Shown piece by piece: positions 38,428 through 47,961 of a DNA stretch of 64,000 nucleotides. Position numbers and translations under genes: made by a program. Every line of letters starts with the position of its first letter. The stretch's first letter is position 1. The notes under the pieces were generated by a model. That model searched no databases. It worked only from the letters and a program-made list of their open reading frames with translations, and was not told the DNA's origin. Source of the stretch: a virus; the IMG/VR virus record IMGVR_UViG_3300025875_000008, positions 12,538 through 76,537 of that record, one strand, 5' to 3'.

Positions 38428-38843
38428 TGGCTAACGAGGACGTTTACAGCGACCTCTACCAGACCGCCGCTGGCGACATCTACAGCGACCTGTACGGGGT
38501 GCCGTCCAGCCTGGTGACGATGACCGGGACGGTGATTGCCACCAGCCCGGCCCCGACGCCTGGTGCTGGCGCGGTGACGATGACCGGCACGGTTATCGCG
38601 GAGTCGCCCACATCAGGTGAAACGGTCATCATGACCGGCACTGTGACCGCGCTCGCCGGTGAAGATGGCGACGACGTTGTGGTGTACCGGTTCCGTGATG
38701 GGCAGTGGCGCCCCGGGTCGTTGTATGTGCGAGTGCTCGGCAACTGGGTGAACGACCAAACGGGGACTGTCGTCGGCGGCGGCACCCCAACAGCTCGCGG
38801 GTACGGGCAAGGCTTGTACGGCGAAACCCCTTACGGAGGCTGA
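38427..38843 (+). CDS. repeat-rich minor tail/adaptor protein
   Basis: D(V/I)YSDLY x2, V(T/I)MTGTV x3, C-terminal GYGQGLYGETPYGG. Confidence 0.65.
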   Translation: MANEDVYSDLYQTAAGDIYSDLYGVPSSLVTMTGTVIATSPAPTPGAGAVTMTGTVIAESPTSGETVIMTGTVTALAGEDGDDVVVYRFRDGQWRPGSLYVRVLGNWVNDQTGTVVGGGTPTARGYGQGLYGETPYGG

Positions 38844-38849
38844 AACTTT

Positions 38850-41801
38850 ATGGTGCGTCCTGTTCTTCCCGACGAAGGCGAAGCGAACTGGGATGACGAG
38901 CTTAACGCCGGCATCTTCTCGCTGGCCGACACCCTGGATGGGGTGGTTGCCCGCCTGGCATCGCTTGAGGTGCGGGTGAACAGTATTGCCCCCACCCCCG
39001 TCTATTCGGTGCCTGTGGCTGCGTTCACCGTCTCGCAAACGTCGGGGACTGCCCCGGTGACGGTGACGTTCACCGATCGGTCCACGAACACCCCGACCGG
39101 TTGGTTGTGGAACTTCGGCGACGGGTCCACATCAACTGTTCGGAACCCTACGCACACGTTCAGTTCTGCTGGTTCGTTCACGACGACACTGGTTGCCAGC
39201 AACTCGGCTGGGTCCAGTTCGAGCGGACCAACCCCCACCCCGCCGTCGCAGGTGATCACCGTGACGGCTGCCGCGACCGCAGCTCAGCCTGTCGCATCGT
39301 TCAGCGGAACCCCTGTCACCGGCTCGGCGCCGCTGTCCGTGTTCTTCACCGACACTTCCACGAACACCCCGACGTCGTGGCTGTGGGCGTTCGGTGACGG
39401 CACCACATCAACGGTGAAGAACCCGGCGAAGACGTATGCGACCGCAGGCACGTACACGGTGAGCCTGACTGTCGCCAACGCTGCCGGGACCGCACCCACG
39501 GCCACCCAAACCGGCTACGTGTCCGTTGGTGCGGCTACCACCCCCACCACGGGTTTGCGGGCTGCGATCTCCACATCTGCGCCGATGTACACCAACGCTG
39601 TGTCAGCGTTCCCGGTCGACACGAACCGAACCACCCTCAAAACGACGTCAACGGCAGCCCTGCCCACCAATGCATGGTTTGAGAACTTCATGGTTGGTTC
39701 TGGTCATCAGCCCGTCCAGTTCTTCCCGTACATGGCGAAGACGACCGTGACCGGGTTGGCGTTCTGCCAGGCACCGATCAACACCAGCTTCCCGAACTCG
39801 GTGCTGTCGACCATGCTCGAGTCGTGGAGTTTCGGTGCCGGGACTGCGCTGAACGCTGACACGGCAGGCCGGGTGACCGGGTTCACCGACCTGGGCTGCA
39901 CCCTGGCGTGGGCGACGACCTCGGGCGGCGGGACGATGACCGCCGACATTGTGCGCGGCATGGGCTATGTGACCATGCGGTACGGCACGCTGGTCCCGAA
40001 GATCACCACCATCCACGGCATCCTGACGATCAACGGTGTCGCGCCTGCCGGGACGGTGACCGGAACCAAGTTCAAGTTTGTTCTCAACAACGGGCAGACG
40101 TGGATCCTGTACGCGTCGTCGGCGATCTCACTGGCCTACGCGGGCACCACCCTGACCGGTTCGGCTGCGTTCACCGGCACCCTGCGGTTCGGGATCCTGC
40201 CCACAGGGGCCACAGAGTCAGTGCTGGACTCGTCCGCAACCGCCGTCCACACTGGCGGCACGGTCGGCTGGACAGTCTCCGGGAACACCGCCACAGAAAC
40301 GTTCACCTACACCTACACGGGTTCAGGGGCGCCGCTCAACTACACGCTGCCGCACCACCGGCCACGGTTGCAGAACGCCACCTACCCGACCGGGTTCACC
40401 CTCACCACTCTGCGCGGCCAAGTCCAGGCGGTCACGGGCAACCTGTGGACGATGCAGATCCCGTTGCCGTCTGTGAGCTGGAACAACCGCAACCCCATCC
40501 AGTCCGGTCGGCTCGCCGCGATCCAAACCGCTTTGACTGCTGATGCGTCGTTTGTGCCGCACACCAACGACCCGTACTTCGGCGGGAAGCAGATCGCGAA
40601 AGCTGCGCATCTGGCGTTGATCGCCGATCAGGTTGGGAACACGACCGTCCGCGACACACTGGTTGGGCGGCTCGAAACGGGTGTCAACGAGTACCTGACG
40701 AAGTTGCGGTACGAAACAGCGTGGGCGGGCATTGTGTCCGTTCCTGGGCTCACCGATCAGGGCGCCGACTTCGGCAACGGCATGTACAACGACCACCACT
40801 TCCACTACGGGTACACCATTTACGCCGCCGCTGTGCTGGTGAAGCTGCGGCCCGCCTGGAACACGGTCAGCAACAGGGCGAAGATCCACGACCTGATCCG
40901 CGACTTCGCGAACCCGACCAGCAACGACCCGTACTTCACCCCGATGCGGAACTGGGACTTCTACGAAGGCCATTCGTGGGCTGCCGGGCATTTTGAGTTC
41001 GGCGACAACCGCAACTCTGAGTCCACCTCGGAGGGGGTGAACGCCTACTACGGGATTCATCTGTGGGGGGTGGCGACCGGCAACGACCAGTTGACGAACT
41101 TGGGCCGGATCCTGATGGCTGAGGAAATCTCTGCCGCGCAGACGTACTGGCAGGTGAAGCAGGCCGAGACGATCTATCCGCAGCCGTTCCGCCAGAACGG
41201 TGTGATCGGCATCGTCTGGTCGAACAAGGTGGATGTGGCGACATGGTTCGGCGGGCAGTACGAGTACATCTTGGGCATTCAGGAACTGCCGACGAACCCG
41301 ACCACTGAGGTTCTGATCCGCAAGGACTGGTACGCGGAGATTTGGCCGACGAGGGTCAACCCTCTGTGGTCGCGTACTTCGGTGTGGCGTGCAGCGGTCA
41401 TCAACGGCGGCTCAGGCTATGTGGGCGCATCCAACTCAGGCGCACCCGCCTTCCAGGCGTACACGGACGGCATGACCGCACAGGGCGGCTCAGGGACCGG
41501 GTTGCAGTTCAACTGCAACATTGCAGGTGGGGCGATCGCTGAGGTTTACATCCGCCAACCGGACGGGCGCGGGTCGGGCTACGTCGACGGCGAAACGGTC
41601 ACCCTGAACGGGTCCGGCGGCACTGGTTGCACCGTCCGCATCTGGACGGAACCTGAGGACGGCTGGAAAGGGCTGCTCCTCGGCGGGCACGCCCTCAACA
41701 ACCCATCGGAGGCGTGGACGAAAGCTCTTGAGTTGACCGCATACGACGACGGCTCATCGAAGACGCAGTTGCTGTACTTCATCGGCACCCAGACCGGATA
41801 G
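38850..41801 (+). CDS. anchor + 2xPKD + GH81 endo-beta-1,3-glucanase
   Basis: PKD WNFGDG and WAFGDG; LPTNAWF, YNDHHFHYGY, FYEGHSWA, SESTSE, TWFG, GIQELP. Confidence 0.88.
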   Translation: MVRPVLPDEGEANWDDELNAGIFSLADTLDGVVARLASLEVRVNSIAPTPVYSVPVAAFTVSQTSGTAPVTVTFTDRSTNTPTGWLWNFGDGSTSTVRNPTHTFSSAGSFTTTLVASNSAGSSSSGPTPTPPSQVITVTAAATAAQPVASFSGTPVTGSAPLSVFFTDTSTNTPTSWLWAFGDGTTSTVKNPAKTYATAGTYTVSLTVANAAGTAPTATQTGYVSVGAATTPTTGLRAAISTSAPMYTNAVSAFPVDTNRTTLKTTSTAALPTNAWFENFMVGSGHQPVQFFPYMAKTTVTGLAFCQAPINTSFPNSVLSTMLESWSFGAGTALNADTAGRVTGFTDLGCTLAWATTSGGGTMTADIVRGMGYVTMRYGTLVPKITTIHGILTINGVAPAGTVTGTKFKFVLNNGQTWILYASSAISLAYAGTTLTGSAAFTGTLRFGILPTGATESVLDSSATAVHTGGTVGWTVSGNTATETFTYTYTGSGAPLNYTLPHHRPRLQNATYPTGFTLTTLRGQVQAVTGNLWTMQIPLPSVSWNNRNPIQSGRLAAIQTALTADASFVPHTNDPYFGGKQIAKAAHLALIADQVGNTTVRDTLVGRLETGVNEYLTKLRYETAWAGIVSVPGLTDQGADFGNGMYNDHHFHYGYTIYAAAVLVKLRPAWNTVSNRAKIHDLIRDFANPTSNDPYFTPMRNWDFYEGHSWAAGHFEFGDNRNSESTSEGVNAYYGIHLWGVATGNDQLTNLGRILMAEEISAAQTYWQVKQAETIYPQPFRQNGVIGIVWSNKVDVATWFGGQYEYILGIQELPTNPTTEVLIRKDWYAEIWPTRVNPLWSRTSVWRAAVINGGSGYVGASNSGAPAFQAYTDGMTAQGGSGTGLQFNCNIAGGAIAEVYIRQPDGRGSGYVDGETVTLNGSGGTGCTVRIWTEPEDGWKGLLLGGHALNNPSEAWTKALELTAYDDGSSKTQLLYFIGTQTG

Positions 41802-41812
41802 GACACCTAACG

Positions 41813-43444
41813 ATGGCGCTTCCCACAGACCGGGCGACAGGTCAGATCGTGCAAGCCGACGACATCAACTCCATCGCTGCCACCGTGAACGATGCAGCCA
41901 CTTTGCTGGCTGGGGTGATTAGTCGCCTCAACGCGTTGGAGACTGACGGGCCAGCGCAAACCACCACCGTCACAGCGACCACCGGCAACGCAACAGTCAC
42001 CGTGAACTGGACAGCTGCGGTCGGTGCCACCGGGTACACGGTTGCCCTAGACCGCATTGATGGTGGCGCGTCCGGTGTGACCCCCGCCAGCAAAACCGCG
42101 TCACAGCTCACCCACACGTTCACCGGGCTGACCAACTCGGTCGCCTACCGGGCCACCGTGACGATCGGCCCGTCCGGGGCGCAACGCACCGTCCAAGCCA
42201 CTCCCACCGCTGGCGCGGCCAACATTACGGTGACGAAAAGCGAAGGCGACGGGCAGGTGGTCATCAGTTGGACTGCCGCCACTGACGCCACCGGCTATCT
42301 GGTGGGGCGCAACGGCACTGACAGCAACGGTTCTGGACCGTGGTCGACAACTGACCCGGCGACCGCCCGCTCGAGGGCGTTCCTGAACTTGGTCAACGGC
42401 ACCGCCTACAACTTCACTGTCACCCCACTGCCGGGCGGCACTGCGGTGACAGTTACCGGCACCCCAGTCGCTGGCACTGGCACCACACAACCCACCGCCC
42501 CGTCAGGGACCGGCACAGTGTGGCTGTCCGGTGCAGGCGACGACCAGGCGAACAACACAGCCGGGGGCGGGTTCGGGTCGTTCCGTGGCGAACCAGCCAC
42601 GTTCGCCCGCTGCTGGGCTGACGCATCCACCGCAGCCATGACCGGACTCGACATGATGATGGCCTACAAGGTGTCGAACTGGTCAGGTGTGCTCGACATG
42701 GCGATCGGCGGTCCCGGTCGCGCAGGTGACTCGTGGGCGTCCGCAGCAACCGGATCCCTAGACGGGACGTGGCGTGCTCAGTGCCAGAAGATCAACGCGA
42801 ACTGGTGGTCCAACTGCAAAGGTGTGCACCTGTCAATGGCGCACGAACTGTCAGGCAACTGGTACCCGTGGTCGGTGAACTCCGGCAACGTCGCCAACTT
42901 CAAAACAGCCTGGCGCCGGTTCTACAACATCGTGCAGGAGGAACTGGTCGCCAAAGGCAAGAACGCGAAGGTGACACTCTGCTACAACTTCGACACCACC
43001 TCAGACATTTCGGTGCAACAGATCGACCCGGGCGCTGCCTACTACAACGTGGTCGGTGTCGACTTCTACAATATGTGGTGGGGTGGCACGGCGGCGTCCG
43101 GGTTGAACACCCAGTCGTTGTGGGATGCGAACCTGAACGCAATGGACGGGTCCAGCCCGAAAGGGATTGGCGCCTGGTTCACCTACGCCGCCAGCATTGG
43201 GAAACCCCTGTCGATCCCTGAGTGGGGAACCAGCCCACAAGCGACCGTCGAAGCTCCCCTGTTCGTCACGAACATGCGGAACTACCTTGCCAGCAAAGCA
43301 CCCGCAGACCCGTACAACCCTGGCGCTGGGAAGTGCGCTGGTGATGCGTATTTTAACACTTGGGCGCAATGCCGGCTGTACCCCAACACCAGCCTGCCGA
43401 ACACTGCCGCCGCTTACAAGGCGGCGAAATGGGGCGCGGTGTGA
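41813..43444 (+). CDS. anchor + 2xFN3 + GH26-like glycoside hydrolase
   Basis: HELSGNWYPW (acid/base), PGAAYYNVVGVDFY, KPLSIPEWG (nucleophile). Confidence 0.8.
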   Translation: MALPTDRATGQIVQADDINSIAATVNDAATLLAGVISRLNALETDGPAQTTTVTATTGNATVTVNWTAAVGATGYTVALDRIDGGASGVTPASKTASQLTHTFTGLTNSVAYRATVTIGPSGAQRTVQATPTAGAANITVTKSEGDGQVVISWTAATDATGYLVGRNGTDSNGSGPWSTTDPATARSRAFLNLVNGTAYNFTVTPLPGGTAVTVTGTPVAGTGTTQPTAPSGTGTVWLSGAGDDQANNTAGGGFGSFRGEPATFARCWADASTAAMTGLDMMMAYKVSNWSGVLDMAIGGPGRAGDSWASAATGSLDGTWRAQCQKINANWWSNCKGVHLSMAHELSGNWYPWSVNSGNVANFKTAWRRFYNIVQEELVAKGKNAKVTLCYNFDTTSDISVQQIDPGAAYYNVVGVDFYNMWWGGTAASGLNTQSLWDANLNAMDGSSPKGIGAWFTYAASIGKPLSIPEWGTSPQATVEAPLFVTNMRNYLASKAPADPYNPGAGKCAGDAYFNTWAQCRLYPNTSLPNTAAAYKAAKWGAV

Positions 43445-43995
43445 CGATCGTTCCGAAAGTCGACCACACACCTGGCGCGATGAGTAGGAGGGCGCGCATC
43501 TACATCATCGCGGGCGGCTCAAGGCACTTCCTGATCGGGCTCACCATCGTCCTGTTCCCGTGGCTGTACTCATCCGCCGCGTTCATCCCCGTATTCAACC
43601 TGGTCGACCAACTGCTATGGGGATGCATCATGCTCATCGTCGGCGCCGTGTGCCTCGTCGGTGCGATCACCCGCAAAGCCGACATTGCCCGGGCGGGCAT
43701 GGTCGGATCCGCTGTTGTCACCGCAGTGCTAGCGGTCGGGCTACTACTCGGCCTCATCAACGTGTGGATCATGTTCGGGCAAAACATTGGCGGGCCAGCC
43801 CTACTCGACCTCATCCGAGACCGGCCCCGCATGTTCCCTGTCGAACTTGCCAAAAAGATTGTCGCCCCGCCGTCACCCTTCCTTCCACTGCTGTTGCTTT
43901 CAGTAACAGTGAAGGACTTCACGATGTGCGCCCAACCGTTGCGTGTTCCCGTTGAGGACGATGCGCCGCGAAGGCTCAAAGTCCAGGAGGCGTAG
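43441..43995 (+). CDS. multi-TM membrane protein (lysis region)
   Basis: Four or more hydrophobic segments. Confidence 0.65.
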   Translation: MTIVPKVDHTPGAMSRRARIYIIAGGSRHFLIGLTIVLFPWLYSSAAFIPVFNLVDQLLWGCIMLIVGAVCLVGAITRKADIARAGMVGSAVVTAVLAVGLLLGLINVWIMFGQNIGGPALLDLIRDRPRMFPVELAKKIVAPPSPFLPLLLLSVTVKDFTMCAQPLRVPVEDDAPRRLKVQEA

Positions 43996-44459
43996 TGAGG
44001 TCCATTCCACCGGAACTCATAACTGCAATTCTCACATCACTTTCAATCGGGTCAGCATGGTTTGCGACATGGTTGGCCCGTCGCGGCAAACGCGAAGATA
44101 GCAAAATAGCGGATCGCGGTCAAGCGTTTGAACAGTTGGAAACGTCCCTTGCAGCAGCCCGGGAAGACCTCAGATATCAGCGGGACGAAGCCACAGCAGC
44201 CCGAGCCGAAAAAGCACGGATAGAAGCGGACACCCGCGTGCGGGTTGAACAAGCGCAACTCGACTACGAACAAAAATGGAACCGTCAAATGCACCGCTGC
44301 CGGGCCATCACCGACACTGCTACTCGTGCCATCGTGGCCTTGCAGCAGAACTTTGATAGTCCAGAACGTGCCATTCAGATCGCGGAGAGCGCCTTGCAGG
44401 ATGTGCGCAAGCACAACTCCGAGGATCACGGCGTGCCACCCACAGAGACGCCCAACTAG
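43995..44459 (+). CDS. single-TM coiled-coil protein (lysis accessory)
   Basis: N-terminal LITAILTSLSIGSAWFATWL then heptads. Confidence 0.65.
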   Translation: MRSIPPELITAILTSLSIGSAWFATWLARRGKREDSKIADRGQAFEQLETSLAAAREDLRYQRDEATAARAEKARIEADTRVRVEQAQLDYEQKWNRQMHRCRAITDTATRAIVALQQNFDSPERAIQIAESALQDVRKHNSEDHGVPPTETPN

Positions 44460-44610
44460 AAAGTGCTCACCTGACTGGCAAAAGTTGCTGTGCTGACAGC
44501 ACAACTAGATCGCCGCCCTGTCCTCCCCGGTCAGGTCGGCACCCCCAAGAAGACGACAGTCCCGTTGTTCCCCGACAGCGGGGCTGTCGCACGTCCAGGG
44601 AAGGACACTC

Positions 44611-44988
44611 GTGATTGCAGCCGTCATCTTGGCGCACCTTGTAGGCGACTACTTGATCCAATCCGACTGGATGGCGTCAGAGAAGGTGAAGCGTTTATGG
44701 CCCGCCGTGGTGCACGGCGTGACGTACACGCTGCCATTCCTGTTCGTCACACAATCACCATGGGCGCTGCTGGTCATCGCAGGGACGCACATCGTGATTG
44801 ACCGCTGGCGCCTCGCCAAGCATGTCACCTGGCTAAAGAATCAGGTGGCGCCGAAAGCGTTCCGACCACCGCACACTGCTACCGGCTACAGCGATGACAA
44901 GCCGCAATGGATGACCGTGTGGCTGATGATCCTGGCCGACAACACGCTGCATCTGATCATCAACGTCGCCGCTGTGAAGTGGCTGTGA
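44611..44988 (+). CDS. DUF3307-like membrane protein
   Basis: LAHLVGDYLIQSDWMA..K, HG..Y, THIVID, ADNTLH. Confidence 0.8.
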   Translation: MIAAVILAHLVGDYLIQSDWMASEKVKRLWPAVVHGVTYTLPFLFVTQSPWALLVIAGTHIVIDRWRLAKHVTWLKNQVAPKAFRPPHTATGYSDDKPQWMTVWLMILADNTLHLIINVAAVKWL

Positions 44989-46679
44989 TGGCTGACGCAC
45001 CTGACGTTGGATGCTGGAACGTCTACCGCGACAACACCGATGGCGTCCCCGGCATCAAGCGCGGTATCAACAAGCTGATCGACCGTGGCGCCGACGTGAT
45101 CTGCCTACAAGAACTGTCGAACGACGACTGGTGGCGTGAAGTCCGCGACTGGATGGAAAGCAAGGGTTGGTGGGTTCACCCGCTGAACGTCGCCATCCCC
45201 ATCTACGTGAACGCAGCCAAGTACGACATCCGATCATCGAAGAACACGGTCGTGTTCGACCCGTCCAAGACGGGCGAGATCCGGGTGGAGAAGTCCGGCG
45301 CCAACGAAACGTTGGGCTACAAGTCGTTCACCGAAGTCGTGGCGCAACGCAAGGGCACCCAGGACTTCACCGCGATCCTGAACAACCACATCGTGCCCAC
45401 CATCGAAAACGGTGACGGGCAGTTCATCAACCCGCTGCGCCTCAAGTACGCCAAAGCGCAGATCGTCGCCGTGGGCACCAAAGCCAAGCACTACATCGGC
45501 GAAGGTCTGAACGTCGCCGTCACCGCCGACTGGAACATCTCAAGCAGCACCCCAGCCGGCGCCCAACTCCGCGCATGGATGGCCGACTACGGGCTGACGT
45601 CCGCGCAACACACCCGGGGCCCGTTCAACACCCACGGGGTCCGCGAAATAGACGACCTGTACACCAACGCCGCCATCGGCAGCATGTGGCGCATCGGCAC
45701 CGGAAACGAACGCGGCTACACCAAAGACGGGTCCGACCACAACCCAATCGTGGTGAACCTCGACCCAAAAGGATCGGCGCCAAGCGCGCCAAACGAAGGG
45801 ACTGACGACGATATGGCTACAAGCCAGAACGGTTGGACCGCTGCCTCATCCACGGCAGGCATCCCCGGCGGCGTTACTAGCATCATTCCGAAGGGCGCAC
45901 CTGACACGAAGCTGACGGTTCGGAAGGGCGACGTTGCCACCGTGTTGCAGTACGTGGTGGACGAGTACCAGGCGACCGTTGAGGACATTGACCTGTACAC
46001 GAAGGGAACCGGGGACGACTGGGGATTCGCACCCCGACCCGTGCGAGGCAGCTCAACCACCCTCAGCAACCACGCATCCGCCACCGCGATCGACCTCAAC
46101 GCCACCCGTCACCCGCTCGCAGTGAAAGCGTCCAGCACGTTCACAGCCAAGCAACTGACGGCCATGCGCGCCATCAAATCGAGGCTGCGCAACGCCGTCC
46201 AATGCGGGGCGTTCTACTCGGGCAGACCGGACGGCATGCACTGGGAGATCAACGTCGGCTCGTCCACCCTGGCGAAGGTCGCTGACGACATCCGGTCCGG
46301 CAAGATCAAGCGCACCGGAGAAGCCGTGAAGCCTGCCACGTCCACGCCGAAACCACTCGACCACAAGCCGCTGATCTCGCTCAAAGCGGTTCAGGCTGGC
46401 ATCAAGTCCGGCACCGAACTGGTGGAAGGTCTCGACGGGTCGCAGTACCAGGAAATGCTGAACCGCTACACCGGGTTCAAGCTCGTCACCGATGGGGTGC
46501 TGGGTCGCAACACCCGCGTGGTGACCGCACAAGCCCAGTTGAAGGTCGCCAAAGCCAACGGCAACAAGACCCTGACCATCGCCGACTGCTGGCCCAACAG
46601 CGGCTACAACAGCGACCTTGACGGCATCCCCGGCGCTGAACTATTCAAAGCGTTGGGCGTCGACAACTCCGACTCATGA
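44988..46679 (+). CDS. endolysin: EEP domain + M15 peptidase + PG-binding-like C-terminus
   Basis: EEP motifs WNV, DVICLQE, NNH, ADWN, IDDLY, SDHNP; M15 SQNGW, SNHASATAIDLN, DGMHWE; DGVLG.NT. Confidence 0.82.
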   Translation: MADAPDVGCWNVYRDNTDGVPGIKRGINKLIDRGADVICLQELSNDDWWREVRDWMESKGWWVHPLNVAIPIYVNAAKYDIRSSKNTVVFDPSKTGEIRVEKSGANETLGYKSFTEVVAQRKGTQDFTAILNNHIVPTIENGDGQFINPLRLKYAKAQIVAVGTKAKHYIGEGLNVAVTADWNISSSTPAGAQLRAWMADYGLTSAQHTRGPFNTHGVREIDDLYTNAAIGSMWRIGTGNERGYTKDGSDHNPIVVNLDPKGSAPSAPNEGTDDDMATSQNGWTAASSTAGIPGGVTSIIPKGAPDTKLTVRKGDVATVLQYVVDEYQATVEDIDLYTKGTGDDWGFAPRPVRGSSTTLSNHASATAIDLNATRHPLAVKASSTFTAKQLTAMRAIKSRLRNAVQCGAFYSGRPDGMHWEINVGSSTLAKVADDIRSGKIKRTGEAVKPATSTPKPLDHKPLISLKAVQAGIKSGTELVEGLDGSQYQEMLNRYTGFKLVTDGVLGRNTRVVTAQAQLKVAKANGNKTLTIADCWPNSGYNSDLDGIPGAELFKALGVDNSDS

Positions 46680-46765
46680 CCCAAACAACCGCAGCCGCCC
46701 TGTTCATCGCGACATGGGTGGTCGTATTCGTCGGCTTCGTCATCATCTGGACCCGCAAACCGTAG
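46676..46765 (+). CDS. 29-aa single-TM peptide
   Basis: MTQTTAAALFIATWVVVFVGFVIIWTRKP, ATGA-coupled. Confidence 0.55.
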   Translation: MTQTTAAALFIATWVVVFVGFVIIWTRKP

Positions 46766-46772
46766 GAGTCTG

Positions 46773-46946
46773 ATGTTCAACCTCGTCGCCTACCGCCGCC
46801 TCGGCCAGTGGCGTTGGCGTGCCGTGTCCCCCAATGGCAACCGTCTCGCACACGGCGGCGAAGGAAACGCCAACAAAGCCGACTGCCTCGCAGCCCTCGC
46901 AATCCTGTGGCCCAACCACGAAATACAGATCAAGGAGAAACCATGA
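46773..46946 (+). CDS. DUF1508/YegP-like protein
   Basis: WRWRAVSPNGNRLAHGGEG..NKADC; AGGAG RBS. Confidence 0.7.
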   Translation: MFNLVAYRRLGQWRWRAVSPNGNRLAHGGEGNANKADCLAALAILWPNHEIQIKEKP

Positions 46947-47224
46947 ACACCACTTTGACCGGCATTCTCACCGGACGCACCCGCCAGATCGTGTACATCA
47001 TCTACACCGTCGCAGGGCTCGGCCTCGGCGCAACACAGGTCGCCTACAGCGCCAGCAACAGCGGTCAGCCGAGCTGGCTGACCGTCGCCCTCGCAGTGTT
47101 CGGCTTCCTCGGAGCAGCGATCGGCGCCACCGCAGCATCCAACGTTGGCACCGACCAGCCCGTCAGATCCATCGAGTACGGCACCAGCCTCGCCGAACGG
47201 GAAGCCCTCGAAGGCGACGTTTGA
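46943..47224 (+). CDS. holin
   Basis: Two TM segments, R..VY..Y, AASNV; AAGGAG RBS; follows the endolysin. Confidence 0.78.
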   Translation: MNTTLTGILTGRTRQIVYIIYTVAGLGLGATQVAYSASNSGQPSWLTVALAVFGFLGAAIGATAASNVGTDQPVRSIEYGTSLAEREALEGDV

Positions 47225-47280
47225 AGAGGGTTCATCACCCACAACGCAGGAGATAGACCGGACGAGCCGGTCTGACACGC

Positions 47281-47313
47281 ACAGCGCCCCAGTCGTCATG
47301 GCTGGGGCGCTGT
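47281..47313. terminator. 12-bp perfect hairpin
   Basis: ACAGCGCCCCAG / CTGGGGCGCTGT. Confidence 0.55.
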
Positions 47314-47338
47314 GCGTGTCTTACAATTGAGTTGTTGC

Positions 47339-47374
47339 TGCCCACCGTCCTCCGGGACTGGTGGGCATTTTTTG
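47339..47374 (+). terminator. intrinsic terminator of the late operon
   Basis: TGCCCACC-GTCC..GGAC-T-GGTGGGCA followed by TTTTTT. Confidence 0.75.
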
Positions 47375-47378
47375 CGTT

Positions 47379-47636
47379 CTAGGGCCGAGGCGCTTTCACG
47401 ATCTTGCTGACCGATTCGTAACTTACGCCAGCATCCTTGATCTGGTCCGCTGGTACGCCTGCCGCCAGCAGCGCGTCTCGCACAGTGTTCGCGATGTCGC
47501 CCACCGACTTCTGCTGCTCGTTGTGCATTCGCCACAGCCCAAGTCTTCGACGGTTGAGCTGATCGCCAGCCTCACGCAACGCGTCACGACGGGCCAGGGT
47601 CGCAGCAACGACCTCCGCAAGAGGGTCGTTGTCCAC
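47379..47636 (-). CDS. small putative DNA-binding protein
   Basis: AGGAG RBS; SVGDIA...GVSYESVSKIV. Confidence 0.6.
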   Translation of the reverse strand: MDNDPLAEVVAATLARRDALREAGDQLNRRRLGLWRMHNEQQKSVGDIANTVRDALLAAGVPADQIKDAGVSYESVSKIVKAPRP

Positions 47637-47720
47637 AAGTCTCCTGTCTCGCCGCTCACATCGGCTGTTGATGTTGCGACGAGTCTAACGGACTACGGCA
47701 TCCCGATACCTGCCCCGGGC

Positions 47721-47817
47721 AAGGGTTCGCCCCTCTAGCTGCTCCCTTATGAGTCTGACGCTAGAGGGGCGATGAACCCTTAAAAACAAGACCGGCGCTC
47801 GGCGAAGCCTCGCGCCT
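47721..47817. other. large inverted repeats, possibly an origin (oriT/dso-like)
   Basis: About 19-bp arm stem 47721-47739/47760-47781 and GGCGC-TC-GGC-GAA-GCC-TC-GCGCC hairpin upstream of the FtsK module. Confidence 0.4.
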
Positions 47818-47961
47818 AGCCTAACAACAAGACCTAGAAATATGCAACCCGCTACCTCTATGACCTCACAAGTAAGCCGTTACAGGTATGCTCATACTCA
47901 CCATCAACCCCCGACAGGGAAGGAACCACATGACCGCTACTCACTCCGACGAGGACAGCCC

